64,000 nucleotides of DNA from Candidatus Poribacteria bacterium. GTDB lineage: Bacteria; Poribacteria; WGA-4E; WGA-3G. The stretch lies in NCBI GenBank assembly GCA_965242965.1, contig OZ251518.1, positions 1,504,001-1,568,000 on the forward strand. Reading direction: 5' to 3'. Below, one piece after another: positions 30,455-41,333 of the stretch. Each line of letters starts with the position of its first letter. Positions within the stretch are counted from its first letter, which is position 1. Both the position numbers and the translations under genes were made by a program. The notes below the pieces were generated by a model. The model was given only the letters and a program-made list of their open reading frames with translations. It did not search any database and had not been told where the DNA came from.

Positions 30455-31340
30455 GTAGGAGAGACTTCCTGGTCTCGATGCAATATCCCGGTAGGAGAGA
30501 CCTCCTGGTCTCGATGCAATGTCGTATCGGGACAAGGATGTCCCGCCTACCCCGAACCTCCCGGTCTTGATTTCTACCGGTAGGAGAGACCTCCCTGTCT
30601 CGATTTTTCGTATCGGGACAAGGATGTCCCGCCTACCGGCAGGCATTGGGGCCACCTCTGTAGTTCGGGAGCGCCTGCTCCCGAACGGGTCAGGATCAGG
30701 CGATCCTGACCTACAGGGCCTGGTGCGCGAGCAATGGCGAGGGAAACCCTCTCGCATGCGCGTGTGGCATGCGAGGGCCCAAGCCCTCCGGTGAGGGGGT
30801 GGTGTTTTTTTCACCGTAGCGCGGGGGCCTGTCCCCCGCGATCGTTGGATTGCGCGAGCGATGGCGAGGGGGGCGTTTTTATCGTAGCGCGGGGGCCTGT
30901 CCCCCGCGAGCACCATCGTCAAGAGGCCATCTTAGGTCCTTTAGGACCTACATGTCTATAGAAAAACGTGTCGCTACGTTGTCAAGGTCCTTTAGGTCCT
31001 TAATAAAAACACGCGGCCCTGGCAAAACCTATTAAGGACCTAAAGGACCTTAGGGTTCTTCGCGGGCGCGCGGGCTATAGACATTCAGGTCTTACAGACC
31101 TGAAGAGAATAAGAGACGTTTTTTCCGTAGCGCGGACGCTGGCGAGGGACAGGCCCTCGCCCTCCGGTGCGGGGGGGGATTTTTATCGTAGCGCGGGGGC
31201 CTGTCCCCCGCGGTCGTTGGGATGCGCGGACGATGGCGAGGGGAACCCTCTCGCATGCGCGTGTGGCATGCGAGGGCCCAAGCCCTACGGTGAAGAGGGC
31301 TCTCCTAAGGTATTGCATCGAGACCAGGAGGTCTCTCCTA
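30455..31340. repeat. large mosaic REP cluster
   Basis: About 14 GTAG hairpins plus the 200-bp CTATAGACAT module at 30930-31125. Confidence 0.9.
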
Positions 31341-31385
31341 CGGGATGTGCCGGGGCGGAAACCATAGGAATCCGCCCTGACAATT

Positions 31386-32240
31386 TTACCGCAACACCTT
31401 CAGATTACCCCATGTCGTTGTCAACTTCCCTTCAGGTTCAACAACGAGGAACGCCGAATTCTCACCGAGGTAGTTGAGGATATTCGTCGTCAGTTTTCTC
31501 AAATTATCTCCCTCCTTAGACTTAGCATCGGTGAAAACGCCGTTGTGATGTCCGAGGGTGATGATTTTTCCATCGCCGACTTCATATTCAACGAAGGGAC
31601 GCTCGCCGCCGCCAGCACCGCCGCCTCGCGTTTTCGTGCCGAGGATAACGCCGCCCGGGTCTGCACCAAAATTGAAGAAATCCGACGTAAACCCGTCCTG
31701 TGCCATGCTGGTGAGAAAAACGGGTTTGGCGGTGTCAAAACCTTCAAAGACAGGATGGTTTTTGCCATCGGCGGTGGGGATAACACCGATTTCGGGCGGG
31801 TCCTTGCCGAGGGGCATAAAGACTCTCGGGTCGCCGCCTTTTTCAACCCCGATTTCGACAACGTAGCGGAGTCCCAAGGCTGAAAGAAACAGCGTGCCGC
31901 CTGCCTCTACATAGTCACGCACTACGTCCTTCGTCGCATCGGCAAGGAATGCGTCTGGCAACGTGTCCGTTTCCGTGTAAAAAAGCCAGAGCACAGCGAA
32001 TTGTTCAGGGGGCACGGTGGTGCCGCTTTCATTCTTGAATTTGCCGCTCTTGTCGACGAGCAACTGTGTCGTTTGGAAGTTATCGGATGCCCAGTCGTAA
32101 GCGGCTTCCTCAACTTCACCTAGTTTATTATCCGCTGCCAATACGCCGACGGTGACGTTCGCGGCATGGATTGGGAGATTCACCGCTGCCGAAAAGAGCA
32201 TCGCGAGGAATAGATAGGAAAATAGCGTTGATTTTTTCAT
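31386..32240 (-). CDS. secreted GATase-like/DUF4960-like protein with C-terminal TTTW tail
   Basis: Signal peptide; 'VRDYVEAGGTLFLS'; ends VEPEGKLTTTWGNLKVLR. Confidence 0.7.
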   Translation of the reverse strand: MKKSTLFSYLFLAMLFSAAVNLPIHAANVTVGVLAADNKLGEVEEAAYDWASDNFQTTQLLVDKSGKFKNESGTTVPPEQFAVLWLFYTETDTLPDAFLADATKDVVRDYVEAGGTLFLSALGLRYVVEIGVEKGGDPRVFMPLGKDPPEIGVIPTADGKNHPVFEGFDTAKPVFLTSMAQDGFTSDFFNFGADPGGVILGTKTRGGGAGGGERPFVEYEVGDGKIITLGHHNGVFTDAKSKEGDNLRKLTTNILNYLGENSAFLVVEPEGKLTTTWGNLKVLR

Positions 32241-32274
32241 GAGTTTCTCCTTTTTTTATTATTGCATTGGGATG

Positions 32275-32553
32275 CATGGCGAGGGGAACCCTCTCGCATG
32301 CGCGTGTGGCATCCGAGGGCCCTCGCTCTACGGTGAGGGGTGGCGTTTTTTATCGTAGCGCGGGGGCCTGTCCCCCGCGATCTCCATCGACAAGATGTGT
32401 TTTTCCACCTCTGTAGTTCGGGAGCGCCCGCTCCCGAACAGGTCAGGATCAGGCGATCCTGAACTACGGTGCCTGGTGCGCGAGCGATGGCGAGGGACAG
32501 GCCCTCGCCCTCCGATGAAGAGTATTGCATCGAGACCAGGAGGTCTCTCCTAC
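32275..32553. repeat. REP cluster; its terminal GTAG supplies the thiG stop codon
   Basis: Six hairpins; CTAC at 32550-32553 overlaps the TAG stop. Confidence 0.85.
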
Positions 32554-33332
32554 AACAACAGCGATTCTATCAGCCCCTCTTGCGGACTAGAGGCGTTCGC
32601 GTAAAGTTTGCGCGGGATGCGGCCCGCTAAAAATGCCGCTCTGCCCGCTTCAATCGCCTTTTTCATCGCCTCTGCCATGAGCACCGGACGGTGCGCCTTC
32701 GCAACCGCGGTGTTGAGTAACACGCCGTCGCATCCTAATTCCATCGCCACGGCGGCATCCGATGCGGTGCCGACCCCGGCATCCACAATGAGCGGCACCT
32801 GCACGATATCGCGGATGATCTGCAGGTTATAGGGATTCCGAATCCCCATCCCTGAGCCGATCGGCGCGCCTAACGGCATCACCGCCGCACACCCGATATC
32901 TTCCAACTTCTTACACGTAATCGGATCATCGTTGCAATAGGGCAACACGGTAAACCCATCTTTGACTAGCGTCACCGCCGCGCTGAGCAGCTGCTCCACA
33001 TCAGGAAACAGCGTCTGTTCATCGCCGATGACTTCCAGTTTGATGAGCGGTGTCTCCAATGCCTCGCGCGCGAGGCGCGCCGTGAGAACTGCATCCTTCG
33101 CCGTGAAACAGCCTGCTGTATTCGGCAGAATGGTGATGCCGCGTGCGCGGAGCAACGCAAACACATTCTCGCCGGACGAGTCAGTGAATTTCACGCGCCG
33201 CATTGAGACAGTGGCGATTTCGGCACCGCTGGCAACCAACGCCTCTGTCATCACGTGGAAATTCGGGTACCCGGCTGTCCCGATAAGCAGTCGGGAGTGA
33301 TAGGTTTTATCCGCGATTTTTAATTCTTGCAT
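32550..33332 (-). CDS. thiG: thiazole synthase
   Basis: [53 protein letters not shown]. Confidence 0.97.
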   Translation of the reverse strand: MQELKIADKTYHSRLLIGTAGYPNFHVMTEALVASGAEIATVSMRRVKFTDSSGENVFALLRARGITILPNTAGCFTAKDAVLTARLAREALETPLIKLEVIGDEQTLFPDVEQLLSAAVTLVKDGFTVLPYCNDDPITCKKLEDIGCAAVMPLGAPIGSGMGIRNPYNLQIIRDIVQVPLIVDAGVGTASDAAVAMELGCDGVLLNTAVAKAHRPVLMAEAMKKAIEAGRAAFLAGRIPRKLYANASSPQEGLIESLLL

Positions 33333-33654
33333 CTGTTTGCTCTCGATTCGTTTTTTCATATAACACTACGCCATCGCGCTGGATCTCCGCAACCATCTCG
33401 GGGTTACGAATATTCTTGAAAATGGTGAGATCGATTTTGTAGGGTAAAGGTCCTTCGTAGAAATCATTCGCAATATGAGAAACAATCGTATGTGTGAGTG
33501 CCGCGCTCCCGTTGAGCGTCACATCGATGTCAGACCCGTTTTGATATGTGCCTTTGGCGCGTGAGCCGTATAACACCGCCTCTTCCACTTCGGGATAGCG
33601 ACTGAAGACCTTGGTGAGCTCTTGGAGCGTCCGCGTTGACAAGCCGTATTTCAT
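33307..33654 (-). CDS. minimal nucleotidyltransferase (MNT) antitoxin
   Basis: [17 protein letters not shown] matches GSX10DXD. Confidence 0.9.
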   Translation of the reverse strand: MKYGLSTRTLQELTKVFSRYPEVEEAVLYGSRAKGTYQNGSDIDVTLNGSAALTHTIVSHIANDFYEGPLPYKIDLTIFKNIRNPEMVAEIQRDGVVLYEKTNREQTDARIKNRG

Positions 33655-34076
33655 AACGATTCTTCCTGTTTCAGCAGCGCGAGCCGAGTTAGCAATCCGC
33701 CGAATTCACCAAAATAGGTGTTGAGGATTTCTTCAACGACCGCGGCTGCAGTTTCTTCGTCATACGTATGCGGAATCAGATTGCGTTTGTCAATCATATC
33801 CATCCAGACTTCGTCGTTTTCAATGAGCCCCTGCTTAAAGGCTTCACGGGTTGTATCCCGCGAACCGTATAAATTTTGCACGCCCCGGGCTCCAAGGAAA
33901 TCCTTCAAGGTCTTCCATGCCAATTCGTGGGTATATTCAAACCCTTGGATTAATCCTTGCTGTTCTAGTTCAGAGAGTTGGCGTTGCGCCGCCAATTCAA
34001 CTGCGGCTTTCAATCGCGAAAAAGCCTTGCTAAAACTATTGGCTCGTTGTAGCCAGCGAGGCTCTTGGGTGTTCAT
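33651..34076 (-). CDS. HEPN RNase toxin (HI0074-family nucleotidyltransferase substrate-binding protein)
   Basis: GLIQGFEYTHELAWKTLKD; RNLIPHTY matches RX4HXY. Confidence 0.9.
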   Translation of the reverse strand: MNTQEPRWLQRANSFSKAFSRLKAAVELAAQRQLSELEQQGLIQGFEYTHELAWKTLKDFLGARGVQNLYGSRDTTREAFKQGLIENDEVWMDMIDKRNLIPHTYDEETAAAVVEEILNTYFGEFGGLLTRLALLKQEESL

Positions 34077-34108
34077 ATTTTTGTGGTTGTTCCTCTGTAA
34101 GGCGAGGG

Positions 34109-34760
34109 GTAGGAGAGACCTCCTGGTCTCGATGCAAGATTCTTGCTGTCCCCTGCCCTACGAGTTATTTGGCGATCGGTGCATGGCGAGGGACAGGCCC
34201 TCGCCCTACGAGTTGTTACGAGTTGTTTGGTGATCGGTGCATGGCGAGGGACAGGCCCGCGCCCTACGATATCGGGCATTTGGTGATCGGTGCATGGCGA
34301 GGGACAGGCCCTCGCCCTACGATATTCGGGGAGAGGCTATCCACCCTGAACAGCGCGGATAATTTCTACCTCGCTGTTTTCGTCAATCTTCTTCTGATGC
34401 CACGCCGCTTGCGGGACGACTTCCCGATTCACCGCGACAGCGATGCCCGGTTGCTTCGGCTCAAGCCCTATTTCAAGCAGCAGTTCGTAGAGGGTTAACT
34501 CGGCATTGACATTCTTGTCTTCGCCGTTAATGCGTATTTTCATTGTTATGGGCTGCGTTCCATTTCCTCGTAGGGCGAGGGCCTGTCCCTCGCCATGCAA
34601 CGATCGCGGGGGAAACCCGCTCGGATGCGCGTATGGCATCCGAGGGCCCCCGCGCTACGGTGAAAGAGAACCGTCCGCGGACCCCGTAGGGCGAGGGACA
34701 GGCCCTCGCCATGCAACGATCGCCAAACGACTCGTAGGGCGAGGGCCTGTCCCTCGCGAT
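34109..34760. repeat. REP clusters flanking thiS (34109-34320, 34569-34760)
   Basis: Three tandem GATCGGTGCATGGCGAGGGACAGGCCC(T/G)CGCCCTAC units, plus further copies. Confidence 0.85.
34337..34543 (-). CDS. thiS: sulfur carrier protein ThiS
   Basis: MKIRINGE...IAVAVNREVVP...VEIIRAVQGG, with C-terminal GG. Confidence 0.95.
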   Translation of the reverse strand: MKIRINGEDKNVNAELTLYELLLEIGLEPKQPGIAVAVNREVVPQAAWHQKKIDENSEVEIIRAVQGG

Positions 34761-34762
34761 CC

Positions 34763-35962
34763 CTAGACGGTTAAAAAACGTTCAATTTGAAAAGGCGCGA
34801 TTGTCGGCGACAGTTCGCCTGTTAAAATCAGTTTCGCTATTTCATAGGCGGTGACAGGCGTGAGCAGGATGCCGTTCCGATAATGTCCCGTCGCCACGAT
34901 GAGATTGTCGATCGGCGTGTGCCCGAGGATGGGGGCATTGTCTCGGCTTCCTGGCCGTAAACCTGTCCACGTCTCCAAAATCGGCAGTTCGTAAACGCCC
35001 GGGACTGCCTCCCATGCGCCGCGGAGAAGCTCAAACATGCCGCCCGCCGTCAGGCGAGTATCAAACCCCATTTCCTCACTTGTCGCGCCAATGATGAGTC
35101 TGCCATCGGTTCGCGGCACGAGATATACCGACATCGGATACCGTGCCCGCACCGTGCGGATAACCGTTTCAACAGCGATGCCTGCCTCCATCTGGAGTGC
35201 CAACATCTGTCCTTTAACCGGACGCACCGGCGGACGGATGGCATCGGGAATGCCCGCAATTTGTGAAGACCAGGGCCCCGCCGCGAGGACTATCACGTCA
35301 GCCGTGTGCAATTGAGTATTGCATCGAGACCGGGAAGTTTCTCCGGCGGTGTTGCATCGAGACCGGGAGGTCTCTCCTACTGATACTCCGATTGCGGCAC
35401 CGTTTTTCACCTCAATTCGTTCCACGCAACTATTTTCATGCAACACGCCGCCGCGTGCCTGATAAGCACGCTGCAAGGCGGTAACCATGCGGCGGTTGTC
35501 CACCTGATGGTCTGCTGCACAATGGATTGCTGCCGTGACGCGCGGTGAGAGCGCGGGTTCAATCTCACGCGCCTCTCTTCCGGTGAGCCATTCAGCGTCC
35601 AATCCCAACTGCTGTTGCGAATCATATAAATGGCGGAGTTGATGCGTATCGTCAGGCTCCAATCCGACGATGAGCGTGCCTTCGGCGCGATAGCCGATGG
35701 ACATGGCTGCATCTGCTTCCAATTCCTTCACCCACTGCGGATAGCGTGCCAAACTGTGGCAGCCTAACTTCAAGAGTTCCGGCTCTTCGGTGTGTGCTTC
35801 GGCGAGTGGCGCGAGCATTCCGGCGGCAGCCCAAGAGGCAGCGCGCCCTGCACGTTCGCGTTCATAAAGCGTGACAGAAGCACCTGCCTTCGCCAGCTGC
35901 CACCCGATGCCGAGTCCGATTACGCCGCCACCGATGATAATAACGTTTCTGTTTTCCGCCAT
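34763..35962 (-). CDS. thiO: glycine oxidase
   Basis: IIGGGVIG FAD motif, ASWAAAGML, PVKGQML, GLRP, GHYRNGILL. Start MAENRN at 35962. Confidence 0.95.
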   Translation of the reverse strand: MAENRNVIIIGGGVIGLGIGWQLAKAGASVTLYERERAGRAASWAAAGMLAPLAEAHTEEPELLKLGCHSLARYPQWVKELEADAAMSIGYRAEGTLIVGLEPDDTHQLRHLYDSQQQLGLDAEWLTGREAREIEPALSPRVTAAIHCAADHQVDNRRMVTALQRAYQARGGVLHENSCVERIEVKNGAAIGVSVGETSRSRCNTAGETSRSRCNTQLHTADVIVLAAGPWSSQIAGIPDAIRPPVRPVKGQMLALQMEAGIAVETVIRTVRARYPMSVYLVPRTDGRLIIGATSEEMGFDTRLTAGGMFELLRGAWEAVPGVYELPILETWTGLRPGSRDNAPILGHTPIDNLIVATGHYRNGILLTPVTAYEIAKLILTGELSPTIAPFQIERFLTV

Positions 35963-36016
35963 AGATTTGTCCGGTCCGCGCGTCCTCTTCAGGGTGTAAG
36001 GACAGCTATCTATATC

Positions 36017-36287
36017 TGAGGGTGTTTCATAACTCAAGAAACCGTCCGGTTACCGTAGCGCGGGGGCCTGTCCCCCGCGAGCGTCCCCTAGTCCACCTCT
36101 GTAGTTCGGGATCGCCTGATCCCGAACGGGTCAGGATCAGGCGATCCTGACCTACAGGGGTGACGCGGTCTGACAGCCGAACGCGTGGCGAGGGACAGGC
36201 CCTCGCCCTACGTGAAGGGGCGGCGTTTTCTTCACCGGCGCGCGGGGACTGGCACCGCGACGTGGAGCGAGTTATGAAACACCCTCA
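36017..36287. mobile_element. MITE-like REP cassette 5 (perfect TIRs; TCTATA on both flanks, offset 2 nt on the left)
   Basis: TGAGGGTGTTTCATA ... TATGAAACACCCTCA. Confidence 0.75.
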
Positions 36288-36302
36288 TCTATAAGTTAGA
36301 AC

Positions 36303-37289
36303 TTACTCCTCCAATAGGTTAATAAAAAGTGCCTCTGTCGCCACCGTTTTGGAAATCAACCCTTTTTCATGGGCGAACTTCACGAACGCCGCCCACTTCT
36401 CAGCGGATTGCACCTGCGTTGTGGCGAATACCTCCAACGTATCCCGAAAAGCGAGTTCATCTAACTCCTTGCGGACATCCGGATTCGCCTTGAAATAGAG
36501 TGCCAGTGCCTCGTCCGGGTTCGCTTTAGTGAATTGAATCGCCTCGCGAATCGCCAGCATCAGTTTTTTGGCAGTCATCGGATTCTCCTTCAAAAACGCG
36601 TCGTTGGAGATGATGACGAGTTCGTAATAGTCGGGGATGCCGTGTTCTTCCAGCGGGAAATAATCTGCCGCCGCACCCTCCAATTTCAGTTCGTTAATCT
36701 CGTAATTCCGAAACGGCCCGATAACAGCATCGATTTTGCCTGTCATCAGGGAGGACGAGATATTCGTGCTGACGTTTATCAACTCGTAATCGTCTTCCGC
36801 TAATCCTGCCGCCGCGGCGATAGCATTAAAGAGGAGGACATCCAGCGGTGCGACGGTGTAGCCGATCTTCTTCCCTTTGAAATCTGCAGGCGTTTTAATG
36901 CCGGATTTCTTAAGGAAACTGATGGTGTTAAGCGGCTTTTCTACGAGCAGCCCGATTGCCTTGACAGGCAAGTCCGCCGCACGCGCGATTGTCACACCGT
37001 GTTGGTAATCAATAGCGAACGGGTATTTCCCGGCGGCTACGAGTTTAATCGGCGCGCTCGGGTCGCCGCCCCAGTGGAGTTCCACCTCCAACCCGTGCTT
37101 GGCGAACAGTTTGTTCTCCTGGGCGACGTAGAGTGGGACGTGGTCTGCATTCGGAAACCACTCCAGCAACAGCGTCACTTTCTCTAGTTCACCTTCCGGA
37201 TGGCCATCCGCGTGGATATCAAATTGTCCTATCAATAGGATACCACAACTGATGGCAAAAATCAAACAAATTATAGTTTTCATGAGCAT
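36303..37289 (-). CDS. NMT1/THI5 (ThiY-like) ABC substrate-binding protein
   Basis: LEWFPNADHVPLYVA, GIKTPADFKGKKIG, GIPDYYEL; lies in a TPP-regulated operon. Confidence 0.88.
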   Translation of the reverse strand: MLMKTIICLIFAISCGILLIGQFDIHADGHPEGELEKVTLLLEWFPNADHVPLYVAQENKLFAKHGLEVELHWGGDPSAPIKLVAAGKYPFAIDYQHGVTIARAADLPVKAIGLLVEKPLNTISFLKKSGIKTPADFKGKKIGYTVAPLDVLLFNAIAAAAGLAEDDYELINVSTNISSSLMTGKIDAVIGPFRNYEINELKLEGAAADYFPLEEHGIPDYYELVIISNDAFLKENPMTAKKLMLAIREAIQFTKANPDEALALYFKANPDVRKELDELAFRDTLEVFATTQVQSAEKWAAFVKFAHEKGLISKTVATEALFINLLEE

Positions 37290-37473
37290 TCTCCTATTTT
37301 CTTACTCTTATCGTTTGTGTGACTGTGTTTGGACTTGTCCTTTCACAGTCCGTAGCGCGAGGGCCTGTCCCTCGCGACCGTTGTTTACTAACTTACCTTT
37401 TCACAGTCCGTAGCGCGAGGGCCTGTCCCTCGCGCCCCTTGTTTACTAACTTGCCGTGTTTCAACATCCGCGC

Positions 37474-38274
37474 TTATTCTCGCGTTCGGGATTGTCGGGA
37501 TGACGCGCGTCGCCACGGCATGGCGTATGCCTCTATCAGCGTCATCAACCCGAAAAGGCCCACGCCTAAAAACGTTAGACAAAAAATTGCGGCAAAAACC
37601 AGTGAGACTTGGAGTCTCCCGTTGGCATACAACATGAGGTATCCCAAGCCCGCGCTCGCGCCTGCCCATTCGCCGATGACGGCACCGATAGTTGAGACAG
37701 AGATGCCGATTTTCGCACCAGTGAAGATAGAGGGAAGTGCCGAGGGCACATGCACCTTCCACAGAATCTGCCATCGACTCGCTTGCAAAATCCGGAAGAG
37801 GTTCACCGTATCCGGGTCTGACGATTTTAATCCGTCCAACGTATTCAGCACCATCGCGAAGAATACGATGAGCGCAGCCATGATAACTTTCGGCGCAATC
37901 CCGTAGCCGAACCACAGCACCAATAACGGGGCAATCGCGAACACCGGCACCGCCTGTGAACCGATGACATAGGGGTAGAACGCCTTCTCTAGCACCGGGA
38001 ATTCAAACATCAGCACCGCTAGCGGGATACCGACACCCGTGGCGAGGGCAAAGCCGAGCAACATTTCTTGAAGCGTCACCAGCGTATGTTTCAGCAACAA
38101 TGCCCGTTTCTCAAAGAGCGTCACGACGATGTCCGAGGGCGCGGGTAAGATGTAGTGCGGTGTGTTGAAAATATGCACCCATGCCTCCCACGCCCCGAGG
38201 ATGCCGAAAAGGATTGCCCACGGCAACACCGTGGTGACGCGCCTCGCGAACCTTCCCATAATTGCCCATCCCAC
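37474..38274 (-). CDS. ABC permease, SsuC/ThiX-like
   Basis: ILPAPS, PVFAIAPLL, AVIGEW, GLGYLM. Confidence 0.9.
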   Translation of the reverse strand: MGWAIMGRFARRVTTVLPWAILFGILGAWEAWVHIFNTPHYILPAPSDIVVTLFEKRALLLKHTLVTLQEMLLGFALATGVGIPLAVLMFEFPVLEKAFYPYVIGSQAVPVFAIAPLLVLWFGYGIAPKVIMAALIVFFAMVLNTLDGLKSSDPDTVNLFRILQASRWQILWKVHVPSALPSIFTGAKIGISVSTIGAVIGEWAGASAGLGYLMLYANGRLQVSLVFAAIFCLTFLGVGLFGLMTLIEAYAMPWRRASSRQSRTRE

Positions 38275-38462
38275 AGAAAAAGCCGCCTCCTGTTTCTACC
38301 TGCGAGGAAAAGGAGACGGCGTGAGATGTGCAATAAGGGATGCCATGGCAGTGGGAGATACCTCCCGGTTTCAATGCCTTCCCATATTGCTGCAAATCAG
38401 TTTTCTGTCGTTCGCAATGCGTTGTTCAGTAACTGCAAGGATAACGCTTGCGCTGTCCAGAA

Positions 38463-38548
38463 ATTTCCCTACGCTGGCATAACCCAGATCAGGTTCAAAG
38501 GGTGTTTTCTCAGCTCTTTGTAGGCGTGAACCTAAATTGAGCACCCCA
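38463..38548 (-). ncRNA. TPP riboswitch
   Basis: GGGGTGC...GCTGAGAAAACACCCTTTGAACCTGATCTGGGTTATGCCAGCGTAGGGAA, upstream of the thiamine genes. Confidence 0.95.
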
Positions 38549-38628
38549 TAATGTCATTGAAAAAATTATATCATAATTTCCAAAATAGTTGCAACAAATT
38601 TTTTTACGGTAGAAACCGCCGTGATACC

Positions 38629-38867
38629 GTAGCGCGGGGGCCTGTCCCCCGCGATGCCCCAGTTTCATCCGAGCATGGCGAGGGACAGGCCCTCGCCCTA
38701 CGGTATAAATAACCGTCTACGGTGGAAACCGCCGCGATACCGTAGCGCGGGGGCCTGTCCCCCGCGATGCCCCGGCTTATCCAAGTCTGGCGATGGACAG
38801 GCCCTCGCCCTACGGTGGAAATAACAAACCGCCCCGATACCGTAGCGCGGGGGCCTGTCCCCCGCGA
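38629..38867. repeat. tandem REP doublets
   Basis: Three GATACCGTAGCGCGGGGGCCTGTCCCCCGCGATGCC copies interleaved with inverted A-type hairpins. Confidence 0.9.
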
Positions 38868-38879
38868 TGCCTCTAATCT

Positions 38880-39980
38880 TTATTCAATCGACACCGCCTG
38901 TGCCGGAATTTCCACACCCTGCTCGTTCCAAAATTTATAGGCACCGGAATGGAGCGGCGTGACGAACGCTTTTGGTGCGTTTTCTACCGTCATATCCGCA
39001 GCGGCACCTTGCGTCGCTGTCATAATCGCTTGCATTCCTTCCGCTGCGTAAACGTTCGTGAGGAAATTATAGACGATTTCCGCTGACACATCTTTGTGCG
39101 CGATGAGGAGCGTCGGCATCAGAATCGTATTGACAGCTTCCTCCGGTTGCGGCCGAGTGATACTCGTGAGTGCATCGGCATCTGGTGTCGCCTCGCCGCC
39201 GTATGCGCCTGCAGGAATTGTCCCAGAGAGGTAGAACGGATACTGTTCATAGAAACCTGAGGCTTGAGCAGGCGCGTCCAAATCCAGCATTCTGATGGGC
39301 GTATTCGCTGCAAGTTCACGAATCGCATCGTTTGGAATCCCGACGAGCCAGAGGAACGCGTCTGCTTCGCCACTTTGGAGAGCCATCGCGCCCTCTGTGC
39401 CACCTTTGTAAACCGGCGTAATCTGTCCCCAGATGCCCGCCGCTGTCGCGAGACGTTCCAGTGTTTGTGCCGTGCCGGAACCGAGTCCGCCAGTCGCCAC
39501 ATTTTTACCCGCCAGATCTGCGAATTCCTGAATTTCGCTAACTTCGGTAACTACCAATTGCGCGTACGCGATATAGAGCAGCGTTACGACGCGGACATTC
39601 GTTTTCGCGCCTTCTTCGGCGAAAATTTCCGTGCCGTTGTAACCTAAATATGTCTCGGCGGCGAACGCAAGCCCGAAGGAATTCGGGTTGTCATGGACGC
39701 GGCGCGTGTTTTCGACAGAGCCAGGTGAAGGTTCAGTAACGACTTCCCGGCTCGGCTCCTGTTGCGTCAAAATTCCTGCAATCGCGTTGGCGAACGGTTC
39801 AAAACTGCCGCCCGGAGTCCCCGCCGCAATTGTCAAACGAGGCGCGGTTTCTTCTGACGTTACTGATGTGGTCGGCAGCAGTTCCTTCTGAACCCTATCG
39901 CATCCACTGACGGCGAGAATGAACGCCAACATAATAATAGCGAGGGCTTGCGCGGAGCAACGCCCTAAGTTCATCTGCAT
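38880..39980 (-). CDS. TAXI-family TRAP solute receptor (lipoprotein)
   Basis: Lipobox VSGC; GTPGGSF, GSVEN, GGLGSGT, PLHSGAYKFW. Start about 39980; the upstream extension is repeat-derived. Confidence 0.88.
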   Translation of the reverse strand: MQMNLGRCSAQALAIIMLAFILAVSGCDRVQKELLPTTSVTSEETAPRLTIAAGTPGGSFEPFANAIAGILTQQEPSREVVTEPSPGSVENTRRVHDNPNSFGLAFAAETYLGYNGTEIFAEEGAKTNVRVVTLLYIAYAQLVVTEVSEIQEFADLAGKNVATGGLGSGTAQTLERLATAAGIWGQITPVYKGGTEGAMALQSGEADAFLWLVGIPNDAIRELAANTPIRMLDLDAPAQASGFYEQYPFYLSGTIPAGAYGGEATPDADALTSITRPQPEEAVNTILMPTLLIAHKDVSAEIVYNFLTNVYAAEGMQAIMTATQGAAADMTVENAPKAFVTPLHSGAYKFWNEQGVEIPAQAVSIE

Positions 39981-40029
39981 TTTAGCATTCCTTTCGTGTT
40001 TTTTACGTAGGATAAACGCACCACTAATT

Positions 40030-40294
40030 TGAAGGTGTTTCATAAATCGCTTAGCGGGGCGGGGACAGGCCCCGCGCTTCGGTGAAAAAAACGCCTTCCC
40101 TTCAAGTAGGGCGAGGGACAGGCCCTCGCCATGCGTTTGGCTGTCAGACCGCATCACCTTTGTAGGTCAGGATCGCCTGATCCTGACCCGTTCGGGATCG
40201 GGCGATCCCGAACTACAGAGGGGGCAGATACCTGCCGGTAGTCGCCCGCCTCCATGGGCGATAACTACCGAAACGGATTTATGAAACACCCTCA
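40030..40294. mobile_element. MITE-like REP cassette 6 (TSD CTAATT)
   Basis: TGAAGGTGTTTCATA ... TATGAAACACCCTCA; CTAATT on both flanks. Confidence 0.8.
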
Positions 40295-40304
40295 CTAATT
40301 TGCG

Positions 40305-41333
40305 TTAATCCTTTGGTTTAGCATGTTCGGGAATTTCCACTCCCTGCTCACTCCAAAACCGATAGGCACCGGCATGTAGCGGAATGAGAAACGCTTTTGG
40401 GCCGTTTTCTACCGTCATATCTGCAGCCGCCTGATTGAGCTGGAGCATCGCCTGATGTCCCGCCGGCGCATACACATGCTTGAGGAGCGCGTAGATAGTT
40501 TCTTCCGATACATCTTTATGCGCTATCAGCACCGTCGGCATCAAAATCGTCTTCACCGATTCAACTTTTCCTTCGTAGGCTCCCTCCGGCAATGCCCCCG
40601 ATAGATAAAACGGATACTTTTCATAGAATCCGTATTTTTTGGCGGGTGTGTCCAGATCGAGCATCCGAACGGATTTAATGGTTGTCAGTTGAATGATGGC
40701 GTTATTCGGGACGCTGACGAGCCACTGGAAGGCGGCAACTTGGCCATCTTGGAGTGCCTCGGCGGCGGCGGTGCCGCCCTTGTAAATCGGCGTGAACTCC
40801 CCCCAGATACCTGCTGTCCGCGCGAGCCGTTCTAACGTCTGTGCTGTGCCGGAACCGCTGGGACCGCTCGCAACCTTTTTGCCGACAATGTCCTCAAATT
40901 GATGCACATCGCTATTCGCGAGCGTGGAGAGCTGATCATAGGCCATAAAGAGCAGTGTCACCATCCGGATGTTGGTTTTCGGTCCCTCTTCGGCGAAAAT
41001 CTCTTGGCCGTGATAACCTAGATAACTTTCAGAGGCGAAGACAACGCCGAGTGTTTCGGCATCGCCATTGACGCGGCGCGTATTTTCAACGGAACCCGCG
41101 GATGCCTCCACCGATATTTTGAGGTGCGGTTCATGTTGTGCAACGACGCGGCTAATGCCGCCTGCAAACTGCGAGAAACTGCCGCCGATGGAACCGCCCA
41201 TGATGGATAGCCATTCCGTTTTGCGCGTCTCGGAACTTTCTTTTGGGGTATTTTTCTTATCTCCACATCCGCAGAACGCGCTGAGTCCTATTAGGACGAG
41301 AAATATCCACAAAGCGTGAGGCTTTTTTGGCAT
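40305..41333 (-). CDS. TAXI-family TRAP solute receptor (paralog)
   Basis: GSIGGSF, AGSVEN, GPSGSGT, PLHAGAYRFW; collinear with ORF 38880. Confidence 0.9.
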   Translation of the reverse strand: MPKKPHALWIFLVLIGLSAFCGCGDKKNTPKESSETRKTEWLSIMGGSIGGSFSQFAGGISRVVAQHEPHLKISVEASAGSVENTRRVNGDAETLGVVFASESYLGYHGQEIFAEEGPKTNIRMVTLLFMAYDQLSTLANSDVHQFEDIVGKKVASGPSGSGTAQTLERLARTAGIWGEFTPIYKGGTAAAEALQDGQVAAFQWLVSVPNNAIIQLTTIKSVRMLDLDTPAKKYGFYEKYPFYLSGALPEGAYEGKVESVKTILMPTVLIAHKDVSEETIYALLKHVYAPAGHQAMLQLNQAAADMTVENGPKAFLIPLHAGAYRFWSEQGVEIPEHAKPKD

